Of a DNA stretch of 64,000 bases, positions 18,556 through 28,296 are shown in pieces. The stretch lies in NCBI GenBank assembly GCA_041641295.1, contig JBEPYO010000001.1, positions 352,001 to 416,000 on the forward strand. The letters are read 5' to 3'. How positions within the stretch are numbered: position 1 is the stretch's first letter; each line of letters begins with the position of its first letter. The notes below the pieces were generated by a model. The model made no database searches and was not told the origin of the DNA. It was given only the letters and a program-made list of their open reading frames with translations. This DNA comes from Nitrososphaerota archaeon. GTDB lineage: Archaea > Thermoproteota > Nitrososphaeria_A > Caldarchaeales > Calditenuaceae. A program made the translations under genes and the position numbers.

Positions 18556-19161
18556 TTGGGCTTTATCTTCCTCCTCAAGCGAGGACAGGTAGCGTATAAG
18601 CTTCGACGCGGCATCATCTACGTGCTGGAACGGGTATGCTTCGGGGTATCTGAAGGAGAATTTTACGAAGTAGCTTGAAGAATAGGTGGAAGATGCGATC
18701 GCGTAGGCTATGCTGATCTTCTGGTGTTCCTCGATCTCTTCTATTGTCTCGCCCTCCCTTTTCCTTATGCCGGCCACGTTGTCCTTAAGTCTTCTCGCCA
18801 AAATGTCTTCAGGTCTAAACTCTAAGAATATTATAGCGCGCGGTCTTATCCTCTGCGTCACATTGGGGGGTAGCCCCGGGTAATATCCCTTCGGAGTCTT
18901 GACAGCCGCATGGGTATCTACGATAACTCTACCACTAATTCCCCCTATCCTCTCTGCTGCCTTCTCCTGTAGCCTAATGTAGGACTCAGAGTCCATGAGC
19001 TTCCTCATGTCGTCTCTACTAGTTATCCCGAGTTTGCGCGCCTCCTCAAACATGACGTCTCCAAAATTCACAACTGATAAGTTCTCAACATTCTCGGAGA
19101 CCCTCTTCAATATTGTGGACTTCCCTGCACCCGGAACTGCAATCAAAACGACCCTATACAT
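18535..19161 (-). CDS. adkA: Archaeal adenylate kinase
   Basis: VPGAGKST, NFGDVM, DTHAAVKTPKGYYPGLP. Confidence 0.92.
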   Translation of the reverse strand: MYRVVLIAVPGAGKSTILKRVSENVENLSVVNFGDVMFEEARKLGITSRDDMRKLMDSESYIRLQEKAAERIGGISGRVIVDTHAAVKTPKGYYPGLPPNVTQRIRPRAIIFLEFRPEDILARRLKDNVAGIRKREGETIEEIEEHQKISIAYAIASSTYSSSYFVKFSFRYPEAYPFQHVDDAASKLIRYLSSLEEEDKAQSPEAVG

Positions 19162-19198
19162 ATCATCACATTTTAACAGGTGTTCTTGGATAATTTAT

Positions 19199-19420
19199 CT
19201 ATAGTGCCGATTTGAGGACAATCTTCGCAGCCTTCTCCACATCCTCCTTCTTCACCGTACGCCGCCCAGCGTGCTGTGCAAGCTCGATGGCCTGGGATGC
19301 AACCCTCATGCCTATCTCCTCCAATATCTTCCGAAGCTCCTCGACAGCCTCCTCGCTGACCCGCGCTGCACCAGCCTTCCTTAAAATCCTGTGTAATGGC
19401 GCGTTCGAGAGCTCAGACAT
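19199..19420 (-). CDS. Archaeal histone (HMf family)
   Basis: APLHRILRKAGAARVS..AQHAGRRTVKKED. Confidence 0.95.
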   Translation of the reverse strand: MSELSNAPLHRILRKAGAARVSEEAVEELRKILEEIGMRVASQAIELAQHAGRRTVKKEDVEKAAKIVLKSAL

Positions 19421-19570
19421 CAAATCGTTGATATGTGTGGCAGGATATATATGCCCGCTGGGAGGGATACGGGGAGATACTTTAAAAAATACACTCGTAT
19501 GTCTCCGAGTGGGGCTTTTTTGAACCGTGATGAAACTTTATAAGAGCGTGATAAAAAGGTGTAAACGGCA

Positions 19571-20431
19571 TTGGCGTTATTGAATAGGGTCGTATGCCCG
19601 CATTGTAAGAGGCTGACCCTGAGGGGAAAATACTGTATGAACTGCGGTAAGGAGCTTCCAGCCGAGTTGGCTCTTGAGACGCCCATCCAGCAGCCCTCTC
19701 CACCACAGCCGGCCGAAGAGCTGACGCCCGCGACTCCTCCCGCCACCCACCAGGCGGCGCAGCCCCTGACACAGCAGGTTCCAGAGGCTCCAGCTGCCGA
19801 GGACGTAGCCGAGGAGCGGAAGCTTGTCGAGCAGCTCTCAAAGCTACACACATGGTCCCTAAAGCTTATTGACCTGTTGCTAGCCGGCGAGGTTCCGATA
19901 ACAGTGTTTAAAGAGCTATACGATGAGTACCGCTCCAGGATCAGCACCTTAGACCAGAAGCGTGTCGACACTATGAACAGGATTAGTGAGAGGATAAAGG
20001 AGTTGACGCAGAAGTCGGAGTCCCTTAAGATTAGGCACGAGGTCAATGAGATAAGCGACCGCGACTATATCAGGCAGAAGATTGAGTTGGACAAGGAGCT
20101 TACCAGGCTGAGGCCTAAGCTCTCGATACTCCAGAACCCTCTGGAGATAAGGCTTGCTGATATCCCAGCCTTCACCGAGAGCCTCGCCAACAAGATCCAG
20201 AACGTGAAGAATAATGGTGAGCAGGTAGGCCTCGACAAGGACACGATATCAACGATAGTATCTGACCTACAGTCGCTGCTGGATGCCTGTCAGGGCCTCG
20301 TCAAGCAGCATGAGAAGATTCAGCACGAGATCAAGAAGCTAGAGACAAGGTATAAGATTGGAGAACTCAAGCAGGATGAGTATCTCGCCCAGCGGCAGAG
20401 GCTTGAGCGTCAGCTAGAACTGACGTTCTAG
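19571..20431 (+). CDS. Zn-ribbon + Pro/Gln/Ala linker + CdvA-like coiled-coil protein (possible arcadin-4 equivalent)
   Basis: CPHC..CMNC, low-complexity linker, heptad helices with three GEI/SHOCT-like hairpins; directly upstream of crenactin. Confidence 0.65.
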   Translation: MALLNRVVCPHCKRLTLRGKYCMNCGKELPAELALETPIQQPSPPQPAEELTPATPPATHQAAQPLTQQVPEAPAAEDVAEERKLVEQLSKLHTWSLKLIDLLLAGEVPITVFKELYDEYRSRISTLDQKRVDTMNRISERIKELTQKSESLKIRHEVNEISDRDYIRQKIELDKELTRLRPKLSILQNPLEIRLADIPAFTESLANKIQNVKNNGEQVGLDKDTISTIVSDLQSLLDACQGLVKQHEKIQHEIKKLETRYKIGELKQDEYLAQRQRLERQLELTF

Positions 20432-20506
20432 AGCTTGGACAGTTTCCCCGCTTTTCAGCCCCTCTGTTAAACTTTAACAATTCCCCCTTCACAACTTTTC
20501 TTCGGA

Positions 20507-21775
20507 TTGTTCGAAGAGGATTATAAGCGTCGATTCGTCTTTGGCTGCGATTTTGGTACAAGCGACTACAAGTATGGGCCGATAAGTCTGGGTGAGAGGC
20601 CGCGCGTAATGGAGAATCGCGGGTATTTCCCTGAGAAGAGCATGGTTGCCGAGATGTTGGGCGGGGGTAGGGAGGTTGTTGTGGGAGATGAGGTTACCCA
20701 CTTTCTCGGGAGTGGTCAAGACCTGACGAGTAGGCTGGTGTACCCGATGCGCGACGGGATTATAGGCGCTGGAGATGAGAAGAGCTGGAAGGTTATTAGA
20801 GAGCTACTGCTGAAGTCGCTGAGCGAGTTTAAGCCCGGCGGGATTGGCTTTAAGGGCTACTATGTCGTCGCATCGCTTTCTGCTGTAGCACCCCTCTACA
20901 TGTATGAGAAGTTTTTCAGCTTTCTTGATGAGATGGCGGGGGAGGGGCTTGTCCACTCATCGACGCTTATTCCACAGCCACTGGCCGTCGCCATCGCGCA
21001 TAAGCAGACCTCCTGCGTAGTAGTCGAGAGTGGGCATGGAAATACTCAGGTAGCACCCATTTCCAAAGCCCCGATCAGGGGTGCGGTCGTCGCCTTGAAC
21101 AGGGGTGGGAGTGAGGCGAATATGATAACGGCTGAGATCCTTAAGGATACGGGCTACGGCGACCTCGCCAAGGAGGAGAAGGTGGTTAGACGCGTTAAGG
21201 AGAGGCTCGGCCTCCTGCCACTCGACTTGGACAGGGCCATTAGTTTTGCGCGGAGTAATAAGGAGGCTGTCCGCGGGATCTATCACATCGAAGGAACCAG
21301 AATTAGGATAGACTTGGGCGACTATTCATGGGCTAGATTCCTCATCGGCGAGATTGTCTTTAACCCAGCCCACGAGGTGTTCCAGAGCTACTATAGGCGC
21401 GGGATGCCCCGGCCCTCTGACATTAGGGTTGGTGATACGGTCTTCTATGGGATGATGGACATGGCTGAAACCGTAATCAGCTCGGTGGAGAAGTGCCCGG
21501 TTGAACTCCAGCCCCTCCTCTACAGCCACATCATTCTCTCGGGCGGGAACTTCTGCTGGACAGCTCCTGCCAACCTTAAGGGCGTGGCATGCGACTCTCA
21601 GGCAAAGCTAAACCACATGCTGCGGGAGAAGGGAATTGAGAACGCATCGGTCGTCCTGAGCCCCGAGCCCCAGTTCGCTGTCTGGAGGGGGTGTATCGTG
21701 TATGGCTATGCTCTACCCCACAGTTATGAGTGGAGCTGGGAACGGATGGAGGGGTGGCTACACCACAAAGGCTAA
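20507..21775 (+). CDS. Crenactin (archaeal actin)
   Basis: FGCDFGTSDYKYGPI, PQPLAVAIA, ESGHGNTQVAPIS, NRGGSEAN, WARFLIGEIVF, ILSGG, VWRGCIVYGYALP closely match Pyrobaculum crenactin as recalled. Confidence 0.95.
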   Translation: MFEEDYKRRFVFGCDFGTSDYKYGPISLGERPRVMENRGYFPEKSMVAEMLGGGREVVVGDEVTHFLGSGQDLTSRLVYPMRDGIIGAGDEKSWKVIRELLLKSLSEFKPGGIGFKGYYVVASLSAVAPLYMYEKFFSFLDEMAGEGLVHSSTLIPQPLAVAIAHKQTSCVVVESGHGNTQVAPISKAPIRGAVVALNRGGSEANMITAEILKDTGYGDLAKEEKVVRRVKERLGLLPLDLDRAISFARSNKEAVRGIYHIEGTRIRIDLGDYSWARFLIGEIVFNPAHEVFQSYYRRGMPRPSDIRVGDTVFYGMMDMAETVISSVEKCPVELQPLLYSHIILSGGNFCWTAPANLKGVACDSQAKLNHMLREKGIENASVVLSPEPQFAVWRGCIVYGYALPHSYEWSWERMEGWLHHKG

Positions 21776-22533
21776 TCGGAGACGTCGTAGACTACCTTGA
21801 AGCCATTCTCAACCGCTTCCACTTCTCTAATCAATATTCCTCCAACCTCGGCTGTGTTTGCAACATGAGTCCCTCCACATGGTATAGCGTTCACTCCGTC
21901 AATCACAATGACTCGGTACGTCTCAAGTTCGGGAAGCCTCCCAAGGTTAGGCGCTCCTCGTACAGTCTTCAGCAACTCCTCCTTGGGAACCCAGACAGGA
22001 TACACTCTCTTGGAGGCTTTTACGACCTCGTTTGAGATACGCTCTATGGAGGCGGGATCGATTCCGCCGGCCCTCCCAATGTATTCTACAAAACTCTCAG
22101 GGGGTCCGTGGAATGCTCTCGAGGAGAGCAGGTCCTTCCCCAGTATCTGCACCACTGCGTAGTCTACTATGTGGCCTGCTGTGTGGAGCCTCATGACCCT
22201 ATATCTGCTATCCCACTCTATAGTCATGGAGACCCTGTCCCCCTCCCTCGGCACCCCCTCTAAGATGTCGCCATAATGTATCACAACGCCTGAGTGTTCT
22301 AACACTTTCTTCACTATCGCTTTAAAGTTCACGGACTCTATGGTGCCTGTGTCCGAGGGCTGTGCTCCGCCCTTAGGATGCATTATTGTGTCTGTGGTTA
22401 CGAAATATCCGCTCTTTCTCGTCTCGGGGACATAACGGAGAAGTGTTGTCTCAGTGGTCTTGAGGTAGGAGTCGTTTAGATAGAGCTTGTTGGTTGGCTT
22501 AAGTCCTGCGGATATTGACGTCAGACTCACCAT
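21772..22533 (-). CDS. alaX: AlaX-M trans-editing protein
   Basis: LYLNDSY, HPKGGAQPSD, MRLHTAGH, PCGGTHV. Confidence 0.9.
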   Translation of the reverse strand: MVSLTSISAGLKPTNKLYLNDSYLKTTETTLLRYVPETRKSGYFVTTDTIMHPKGGAQPSDTGTIESVNFKAIVKKVLEHSGVVIHYGDILEGVPREGDRVSMTIEWDSRYRVMRLHTAGHIVDYAVVQILGKDLLSSRAFHGPPESFVEYIGRAGGIDPASIERISNEVVKASKRVYPVWVPKEELLKTVRGAPNLGRLPELETYRVIVIDGVNAIPCGGTHVANTAEVGGILIREVEAVENGFKVVYDVSD

Positions 22534-22593
22534 TTTTGGCAGCTATAGTATTGTGGCGGGCTTTAAACCATTCTAAGCCACTCAAGCACCACC

Positions 22594-23709
22594 TCACGTC
22601 CCCATGACCTCCGTGTAAACACTGCTAGGCGAGGTCTTCAGAGCCCGTAGTAGCCAGTCAGCCCTCAAAACAGCCCCACCCGAAGCCTTTCTCAGCCTAT
22701 TCTTTAGAGCCAACCCAATCCCCTTCTCTTCCTCCCACCCCTCGGCAACTATGACCTCAACACCCTCCTCATCCATCTCTCTCAGGGACACGAAGAGACG
22801 CCTCGCAGCCTCGAGTGGATTAGACCTACTACCCAAGTCCCGAACAATATCCGCCCTGTAACTATATCCGTCGCTGCCAAGGACGCCGACCCTGATTCCG
22901 CGGGACATCAACAGGTCAGCCAAGCTTGCAACAGCGTTGCGAACCTCTTCCAACTCACCCTCCACCACTATTAGCTTGGCTGCTGGGGCATAGTGTCTAT
23001 ATTTCATACCTGGTGAGCGGGGCGACTCCCCACTGTGGAAAAGCAGCCCCAAGGCTGAGGGGTGCACCTCAACCTCCCCAATCACAGCCTCTATCTCCTC
23101 CCTAGAGACGCCGCCAGGCCGGAGTATAACCGGCCTCTCGGAGGTTAGGTCGAGAACGGTGGATTCGACGCCTATGTCGGTCGGCCCCGCGTCGAGTATG
23201 AGGTCGATCTCATCGCCCAGGTCTTGGAGGACGTGAGCTGCTAATGTGGGGCTCGGCTTACCCGACTTGTTCGCGCTGGGCGCGGCTATAGGTCTCTCGG
23301 ATGTCTCGATGAGTTTGAGAGCGACATTGTGGCGGGGCATCCTGACTGCTGCCGTGTCGAGACCGGCTACTGTGACATCGGGGACGCGGGGTGACCTCTT
23401 TACGATCAGAGTGAGTGGGCCTGGCCAGAACCGCCTTGCCAGCTTCTCAGCCCTCCAGTCAACTTCCTCAGCCACTGAGTAGAGGTCCTCGAAACTTGCA
23501 ATGTGTATTATGAGCGGGTTATCGGGGGGTCTCCCCTTAACCCTGAAGACCTTCTCAACCGCTCTCGGGTTAAGGGCGTCGGCACCTAGACCATATACCG
23601 TCTCTGTTGGAAAAGCGACGAGCCCACCCGCCCTAATGACCTCAGCCGCCCGGCTAATCACTTCAGGGTCTGGCGCCTCCCTGTCAACGCGGTATACCCG
23701 AGCCCTCAC
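22594..23709 (-). CDS. sua5: Threonylcarbamoyl-AMP synthase Sua5
   Basis: FPTETVYGLG, KGRPPDNPLI, APSANKSG, SPGMKYRHYAP. Confidence 0.96.
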   Translation of the reverse strand: MRARVYRVDREAPDPEVISRAAEVIRAGGLVAFPTETVYGLGADALNPRAVEKVFRVKGRPPDNPLIIHIASFEDLYSVAEEVDWRAEKLARRFWPGPLTLIVKRSPRVPDVTVAGLDTAAVRMPRHNVALKLIETSERPIAAPSANKSGKPSPTLAAHVLQDLGDEIDLILDAGPTDIGVESTVLDLTSERPVILRPGGVSREEIEAVIGEVEVHPSALGLLFHSGESPRSPGMKYRHYAPAAKLIVVEGELEEVRNAVASLADLLMSRGIRVGVLGSDGYSYRADIVRDLGSRSNPLEAARRLFVSLREMDEEGVEVIVAEGWEEEKGIGLALKNRLRKASGGAVLRADWLLRALKTSPSSVYTEVMGT

Positions 23710-23743
23710 CGGCCATCTAATGGATAGCGGTCGGTAAAAAGTG

Positions 23744-24316
23744 TCACATGTGGATCTTGATAAACTTGGGAGTTTTGGACACTAGCAAAGACTGGATCTC
23801 ATCCTTCAGCTCCGCGATATTGACGCGATAATACTGATCGAGATCCCACCGGTTTAGATGTTTTAGGGCGGCCTCAAGGAGTCTGAAGTAAGCCGCTGTC
23901 TCGCCCTTCTGCGCGTGCACAAAGGCTGCGGCGGTTTTAATTAAGCTGTACAAGACCTCCCTCTCAGCACCCTTCTTTCCCCGCCAGACCTGTTCAAGGG
24001 CCTCATGAGCCTCCCAGAACCTCTCATCATTAAACAGCTTAACCGCATACTCCACCAGCTTCTCGTCTGAGGCTTCACGGGTCTCAGCTATCTCCCTGAA
24101 ATACTCGATGGGGGCCCACTCTGCCAGAGCTGAGACAGCCGCGTCTACATCACTGGCTAGCACGTCGATTTCAACGCGCCTCTTGCCTATCCGCACATCT
24201 ACTAGGCGGCTCCCCGTATTGGATAGGATTCTTTTAGCCTTGTCTAGGAGTTCCTTGTGAAGTTCGGGCGACGCCTCCAACCCTTGCAGCTTCAGCGCTA
24301 CTATCACTCTAGCCAC
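23744..24316 (-). CDS. DUF309 domain protein
   Basis: FNDERFWEAHEALEQVW and AAAFVH; GTG at 24316 preferred. Confidence 0.8.
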   Translation of the reverse strand: MARVIVALKLQGLEASPELHKELLDKAKRILSNTGSRLVDVRIGKRRVEIDVLASDVDAAVSALAEWAPIEYFREIAETREASDEKLVEYAVKLFNDERFWEAHEALEQVWRGKKGAEREVLYSLIKTAAAFVHAQKGETAAYFRLLEAALKHLNRWDLDQYYRVNIAELKDEIQSLLVSKTPKFIKIHM

Positions 24317-24368
24317 GGTGTAGATAACCTCTTTAAGTCGGTATATAAGAAGTCTTAGGAGACGCGAC

Positions 24369-25973
24369 ATGAAGAGTAGTCTGCTCGCGATGATTCTCAC
24401 GCTGGCTGCCCTCCTATCCCTTGTCCCGCCGATTACATGGGGGCAAAGTGATGGCGTCTTAGCGGAGCGGTATGTCTCGGTCTCCCCCTATGGACTCGTA
24501 TATGTATGGGACCGCCTCACAAAAGTCTCCCCCGGCAGTAGCTTCGAGCTGGGAATACCAGGCTCGATATACCCTAATCTAAAAAACCTCGATGCTAGTG
24601 GCGCAAGACTCTCGGGCCCAGAATCGAGAGACGACCAGACCTACTACAAACTGGTCGCAGAATCGGACCAAGTAGTCATAAGACATGTTTACAGCGGCTT
24701 AGTCGCCGGCCGGGGTGGGGACTCATACACAATCACTACTCCCTCCACACCATTCTTCACAGGGATTGACTATTCTTCAAACGTATTCATCCAGCTACCC
24801 AGTGGAGCACAGGTCCAAAACATCCCCAATGGATTCACCCTCAACGGGACAACACTGACTCAGAAGGGTGTCAAGCCGGCTACATCGGCGCCCCAGACGG
24901 TTTCCTTCAGCTTCACCTCGACGGCTGTCCAGCTAATAGTTGCGGAAAAGCTCACACTACTCTACGACTTAGAATCCATGATGATTACAGTATGGTTGAA
25001 GGTGCGTAACGAGGATTACAAGAGCATAACCACGCTAACCCTCAACCTCGCACCTGGGCTTCAAGCCATAGAGGCTGGAGACTATTCAGGCAGAATAGAC
25101 CATAGGGCGCGTGGAGATACCGTCACGGTCGAGATATATCCCAGCAGGTTTGAGGTCCAGAGGGGGTGGCGGTACGAGTTTTATGTTAAGGCAAAGATTA
25201 GCGGTGCCGCCGGCATAGCTACGCTATCTGAGGGGAAGGTTTCTTTAGAGACATTCTTACCACTAAACGCGACGGTAGAGAGCTATATCGTCGAGGTTAT
25301 TCTTCCAAAGACTCATTCCCCAGCCTCGCCAGACTATTTCGCAGAGATTTATAGGGACAACGCAGGACGCCTAGTTGCACGGTTCAAAGGCTCGATGACC
25401 AACCCATATAAGCCTGAAAAACTCGTGTTTGAGACAACCGTCCAAGGAACACCGCCAATCATACCCCAGGCACTTATTCTAGCAATTCTATTCTTGGGCG
25501 TCTTCGGCTTCATAGCCTACAGCAGCACAGCACGAGTCAAGAAGCAAAAACCCGGCCCGTCCTTAGACCAAGCCACGGCTCAGAGACTGATACGCGAGTT
25601 CACGGAGCTTAGGGATGTCCTAGAAGAGCTAGACAACGTGGCGAGCCTAGGGAGAAAAGACATAAAACATGTCCAGCTACAGCCGATTATCTCTAGGCTT
25701 AAGTCACGCTATGACTCGCTCATTGAATCTCTAGGAGGGGTGAAGGGGGAGGAGTGGGCGGCACGCGTTACTCGGAGTCTTCAGCAAGGCATGGGCCGCT
25801 TGAACGAGACGTTGAAATTGTTGAGTAGGAGTTTCAGCGAGTTCCAGAGAGGGGAGATCAGTAGGGAGAGCTATATGAAAATCTACAGGGCCTTGAGGGG
25901 CGATATAAGGGAGTTTATATCCAGTATCTCCGAGTCTGAGGACGAGGTAAGAAGACTATTGGAGAAGAGATAG
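24369..25973 (+). CDS. Single-pass membrane protein with ribophorin-I-like architecture
   Basis: Signal peptide, two similar beta-rich extracellular domains, TM helix near aa 370-390, cytoplasmic helical bundle. Confidence 0.55.
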   Translation: MKSSLLAMILTLAALLSLVPPITWGQSDGVLAERYVSVSPYGLVYVWDRLTKVSPGSSFELGIPGSIYPNLKNLDASGARLSGPESRDDQTYYKLVAESDQVVIRHVYSGLVAGRGGDSYTITTPSTPFFTGIDYSSNVFIQLPSGAQVQNIPNGFTLNGTTLTQKGVKPATSAPQTVSFSFTSTAVQLIVAEKLTLLYDLESMMITVWLKVRNEDYKSITTLTLNLAPGLQAIEAGDYSGRIDHRARGDTVTVEIYPSRFEVQRGWRYEFYVKAKISGAAGIATLSEGKVSLETFLPLNATVESYIVEVILPKTHSPASPDYFAEIYRDNAGRLVARFKGSMTNPYKPEKLVFETTVQGTPPIIPQALILAILFLGVFGFIAYSSTARVKKQKPGPSLDQATAQRLIREFTELRDVLEELDNVASLGRKDIKHVQLQPIISRLKSRYDSLIESLGGVKGEEWAARVTRSLQQGMGRLNETLKLLSRSFSEFQRGEISRESYMKIYRALRGDIREFISSISESEDEVRRLLEKR

Positions 25974-27020
25974 TATAGTCTTCTCGATAAACGCTGTTGG
26001 GTCTTCCATCATTCTATACAGCTTTTCTGCCCTCTGCTTAATCTCCCTCCTAACCCTACTGCTTGTCAGGTGCTCGGAGATCTTCCCAATCTTCACATAG
26101 TCCTTCGGTCTCACGACGGTGAGCAACCCTTTAGACTGTAGGAATCTATGGACTGCGGGCGTTTCACCGGGGTAGAAGAGGACTGTAGGCTTCCCGAGCA
26201 GCGCTGCCTCTTGGGCTATGGTCCCTCCGCCCGAGTACACGATAGCTGCATTCCTTACGTATGGCAGCGCGAGCACGGGCCTAGATAGAAGCACAACATT
26301 CCTAGGGACTCTGCCCCTAAGCAGGTGGGCCTCGCCCCTATACCTGCACAAAACCACGACACGTCTATAAAGCTCAGAAATACGCCTCACAAGCTCCAAC
26401 GCCTCTGTAAGTCCGCGGCCCAGAATGTATGACGCCTTATACTCTGGAACCCTCACGAGTGCGTATTCATCTTCAGGCGGCTCCGGGGCTTTACCTTGGA
26501 GACGTCTGTACCTTCTAATCCAGGCAACAGGGTCTAATGCTCTATACCTGAGTATGCTGTTGCGTCTAGCACCCCACACGGCCCAGTCGCGGTATCCTAT
26601 GACGAAGGGTGTAAGTATCTGTGTGGAGACTGGTACGCACATCCTATTAACTGGAGAGTGGGGAGAGTCTGATGCGAGGAGGTGTGGGATCTGGAGGCCG
26701 AAGCATATCCGCGCCATCTCCACCGAGCCGCTCGAGATCGCTATATCCGGCCTCTTGTTTTTTAAATGTCTCAGAAGCAGTGCTTGACGCTCTGTGCTGG
26801 ACTCCAACTTCTCCATCAGGCTCTCACCGCCGAAGCGTCCCAGGACCAGTGTGTCGAGTTCTAGGAGTTGTATAATCCAGTCAAGCTGCTCATATCTCCT
26901 CGCGGTGACGAGTGTGTTGATGCCGCGTCTCTCCAGTGACTCGGCAAGTGGCCAGAAGAAGAGGGCCTGCTTTGGAGTCAACACCTCAATCCAGACCGTC
27001 GTCAATATCCGACACCACAC
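25956..27020 (-). CDS. DUF354 family GT-B fold protein
   Basis: VWIEVLTPKQALFF, FGLQIP, GGGTIAQEAALLGKP. Confidence 0.8.
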   Translation of the reverse strand: MWCRILTTVWIEVLTPKQALFFWPLAESLERRGINTLVTARRYEQLDWIIQLLELDTLVLGRFGGESLMEKLESSTERQALLLRHLKNKRPDIAISSGSVEMARICFGLQIPHLLASDSPHSPVNRMCVPVSTQILTPFVIGYRDWAVWGARRNSILRYRALDPVAWIRRYRRLQGKAPEPPEDEYALVRVPEYKASYILGRGLTEALELVRRISELYRRVVVLCRYRGEAHLLRGRVPRNVVLLSRPVLALPYVRNAAIVYSGGGTIAQEAALLGKPTVLFYPGETPAVHRFLQSKGLLTVVRPKDYVKIGKISEHLTSSRVRREIKQRAEKLYRMMEDPTAFIEKTILSLLQ

Positions 27021-27070
27021 TTCCTTACAAGATACTGGTTATATAGTTAGCCACCATCACTACAAACGGC

Positions 27071-28057
27071 ATGTATGTGAGTGGGCAAGTATTCTTGATC
27101 CTTTTAGCCTTTTTAGTCTCATGGGCATTGACTGGGGTCATTACTAAGCATGTGCGCTCAGCGAGGCTGATGGGTGTTGATGTGCATAAACCTGATAGGC
27201 CGCGTATCCCCAAGATAGGTGGCCTCGCCTTCACGGCAAGCTACTCAGCAGCCATGCTTTTGAACTGGCTGATGGGTGGAGGGGTTGTAGAGCTTGTCCT
27301 AGTCGTCTCCCCGCTAATTGCTGCGGCTATTGGATTCTTAGAGGATGTGAGGGAGCTTAACCCCGTGGTCAAGCCCCTCCTCCTACTTCTCCCAGGAATC
27401 CCTGTCCTGCTCCTCTCGGCCTATAACCCCTACCCAGTCATTCCGCTAGTTGGAGGCATAAGAATCACCCTCCTCTACCCTCTCCTAGTGCTGGCGGCCT
27501 ATACGGTGGTCGCCAACGCTGTAAACAGCGTGGACGTACTTAATGGCTCGCTGGTACTCTCAACTCTACCAGTTCTCCTACTCCTCGCAGCTGTCTCATG
27601 GCTTATGGGCGGAGAGACTCCTGCCCTCGCATCACTAGCTCTGGGAGCCTCTCTACTGGGATTCTTAAGATATAACTGGTATCCTGCACGGGTTTTCAGC
27701 GGAAACGTCGGAAGCAATCTAGTAGCCGCGGTGATAACTACAGTCGCTATTACGGCTCGAATAGAAGTAATTACACTCGTCGCACTTCTTCCCCACATAT
27801 TGAATGAGTTTTTCATAATCGTCTCGATGGGTGGGCTAAAGTCTGGGAAGGCATTCGCCGCCAGACCCATCCGCGTCGTGAGAGGAATGATAGTGTCTAG
27901 TCCGAGGCTAGGCGATCCCATCACGCTTGTGAGGCTCATAACATTGCAGAACCCCATGGGGGAGGCCTCGGTATCAAAAAGAATGGCCCTGCTTAGCACC
28001 TATTCCTCAATACTAGCTCTGATAACATACCTCCTCGGCGGAGTCAGACTCAGGTGA
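27071..28057 (+). CDS. UDP-GlcNAc:polyprenol-phosphate GlcNAc-1-P transferase (AglH/Alg7/MraY family)
   Basis: GVDVHK..IPKIGG, ANAVNSVDVLNG, YNWYPARVFSGNVG. Confidence 0.85.
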   Translation: MYVSGQVFLILLAFLVSWALTGVITKHVRSARLMGVDVHKPDRPRIPKIGGLAFTASYSAAMLLNWLMGGGVVELVLVVSPLIAAAIGFLEDVRELNPVVKPLLLLLPGIPVLLLSAYNPYPVIPLVGGIRITLLYPLLVLAAYTVVANAVNSVDVLNGSLVLSTLPVLLLLAAVSWLMGGETPALASLALGASLLGFLRYNWYPARVFSGNVGSNLVAAVITTVAITARIEVITLVALLPHILNEFFIIVSMGGLKSGKAFAARPIRVVRGMIVSSPRLGDPITLVRLITLQNPMGEASVSKRMALLSTYSSILALITYLLGGVRLR

Positions 28058-28296
28058 GACCGATGAAAACCCTTATAGCACTAATCACCATTGCTTGGGT
28101 CTCGCTAATCGGAGTTCTCATCGCCATTTCAACTATTATCCTGCCCTTGGCGCAGGGGATTGAGTCAAGCCTTGCCGCGGGCCTCTTACGCGTGGCTCTC
28201 TCACTCGCCCTGTTCGCCGTGTGGCTTGTCTGGCTGTTCGAACTCGCCTTCTATGCCTCTCTCATGTCTAGGCGGGGGAGGGGTGAGCAGAAATGA
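28054..28296 (+). CDS. Small two-TM membrane protein
   Basis: Two hydrophobic helices; 4-bp overlaps with both neighbours. Confidence 0.6.
   Translation: MRPMKTLIALITIAWVSLIGVLIAISTIILPLAQGIESSLAAGLLRVALSLALFAVWLVWLFELAFYASLMSRRGRGEQK

Noticed and set aside
19420-20046. 208-aa minus-strand ORF opposite the coiled-coil gene
   Set aside because: Antisense shadow of a low-complexity region
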